NCBI GenBank assembly: GCA_039096225.1
Contig: JBBPEB010000020.1
Location: 468,123-532,122, forward strand
Reading direction: 5' to 3'
DNA from: Blastocystis sp. Blastoise
Lineage: Eukaryota > Protista > Bigyra: Opalinata
Length of the DNA: 64,000 nucleotides
The notes beneath the pieces are model-generated. The model was not told the DNA's origin. It searched no databases and saw nothing but the letters and a program-made list of their open reading frames with translations. Each line of letters opens with the position of its first letter. Position 1 is the first letter of the stretch. The translations under genes were made by a program, and so were the position numbers. Of the stretch, positions 62,182 through 64,000 are shown piece by piece.

Positions 62182-63855
62182 AAAAAGAATAAAAAATATA
62201 AATAAGTCTATAAATATATTGAATTAAACTAATAATAAAGAAAAATAAAAGTAATTCTTAATAATAAAGAAAATAATAATATGTAAGCAAAATAAAAAAA
62301 GTCAATTATATATATATATATATACATAAATAAGAAAAACCAAGAAGTTAGTGACAAGAAGAACAAGAACTAGGCTTAATAACTATATAATAACCTATAT
62401 AAATATCTATATAATATTATAATTATAATTATAAAGAAAATAAATACAGAAAATATATACATCTAGAATCTGAATATGACTAATACAAACTAACTCTAAT
62501 TATAAGCATTTGAGTGTTATAGGTAGTGATTAAGTGAAGAGATCCATGCTTCTCTGTAATTTAAGACCAATCTATTTATCCAATTAAGTAATTTTTTTTT
62601 TGAAAGTATCAAGCCACGCTCAGTTAATATAACCGACCAATTGCTACTCAGTGAGAAAGCCTAAAGAAATAACTTTGTATGGTGACGTCACATCATCCAA
62701 TTTAAACCACAATACAATAGCAGATCATCTAGCTCAACCACTTTACACCACTCAGACAAGCTCACCATAGAGAAAGAGAACATAGCACAACAGATCAATC
62801 TGCCAATGGAGACTGGAAGGTACTCTACTATACTCCTAGGGCCTATATATAGATAAATATATACTTAAAACATACAAAAACGAAATTAATCATATTTTTT
62901 ATATGATTATTGAAACTTCACTATAAATTAACTTATTAAATTTTATTGAAATCTTAATATTTCTACTTTTTATTATTTATTATTTTATTTAAATACTTTA
63001 AACCGTTATTCTTACTCCTGATGTCTTCTTGTTGTTGATGGAGTATGTATTTATGTAAATAAAATTAGTTAATTGATTAATTATTTATAGAGTGTTACAT
63101 AAAATGAAATTAATGGTTATGGTCATGAGGAAATCACTAGACTTGATGAAGACAACAAAAATTAGTCGATTATATGATAGTCACTAGATTGCCTAAATGT
63201 GTAGAACTGTCAGAAAAGGTGAGTTTGTGTGTGTTTAAATTTAAATTCAACATTAATTTAAATACATATTTCACTAATTAATTCAATTTTAGAGAAGTTA
63301 CAAACACAATTGATTTTTCTAGTTGATATTATGAGTTAGAATGTCGTTATTTTAATTTTCTATTAGTAATTTGAATTTAATTATGACCTATATAAACTAA
63401 AGTTAATTATAATAGTTTTCTAGGTAATGTAGATTTGTCAAGGTTCTTTAAAAGTCTCAAGAGTGGTTTATAAATGTTACAAATGACTTTTAGTGTCAAT
63501 CATGTTAATATAAACAGTAGAAATGCTTTTTAAGAGTATAAACTAATAATGCATTGCGTGTTTATAGGCTTCAAGGTGTTATTGATGAATATTTATTTTT
63601 TATTTGTGTGTAGAATTGATCAATAGGATATATAGCAAAACAAAATAATGAATATGGTATTCTAAGTGAATGCAATTGTGAATGTGTTGTGTGTTGAATA
63701 TAGTAAACTAAAAACATTATAAAAAAGCGACTAGCAATGTATAGAGTTTATTTAATTACATGAAACTCAATATACCCTTTCATACTGGTTCTAATGAATG
63801 AGAATATCTATAGAGAAAAATATTTAAATTTTTTTATAAAAAATATAATATATGA

Positions 63856-63923
63856 CCCTAGATCAGGAATTGAACCTGATAACAATCTATTAATGATTGC
63901 TACTAACCATATTCAGTCTAAGG
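63856..63923 (-). ncRNA. tRNA-like cloverleaf element, atypical
   Basis: 7-bp acceptor CCTTAGA/TCTAGGG, stem CTGA/TTAG, stem AGCAATC/GATTGTT with a 7-nt loop, T-arm TCAGG-TTCAATT-CCTGA, downstream T run. Confidence 0.5.
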
Positions 63924-64000
63924 AATATTAATTATTTGAATATAACCATGTATATATGTTTAACAGACAAAAACCCAAAATATAATTATATAATTATATA

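Overview
Very AT-rich eukaryotic (probably protist) DNA with short GT-AG introns, built as three nested mobile elements. (1) Matching 12-bp CACTA-type ends at 2961 and 58213 enclose an intron-containing CACTA/CMC transposase, a divergent accessory gene and a satellite. (2) An endogenous Polinton-like virus (PLV, 19132-58180; about 25.2 kb once the insertion is removed) sits 33 bp inside the right CACTA end. It has 896-bp terminal inverted repeats (TIRs) that begin with a GC-rich hairpin. It encodes two tyrosine recombinases, an AEP primase/SF3 helicase, an A32-like packaging ATPase, a probable cysteine protease, two tandem major-capsid paralogs and two penton-like proteins; no pPolB or rve integrase is visible. 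(3) A related 13.9-kb CACTG element (31538-45405, 3-bp TSD TAT) splits the second viral recombinase gene, which rejoins in frame when the element is removed. The most striking feature is a set of long perfect nGAAn/nTTCn arrays (heat-shock-element architecture, up to 10 units) upstream of the viral recombinase, replication and other non-structural genes but not the capsid/ATPase block. This suggests a provirus wired to the host heat-shock factor for stress-triggered reactivation (inference). Also present: a strand-specific TGTTTTGTT 3' signal after most viral genes, a hAT-type MITE, two atypical tRNA-like units and several simple repeats. Protein assignments come from motif recognition by eye, not database searches.
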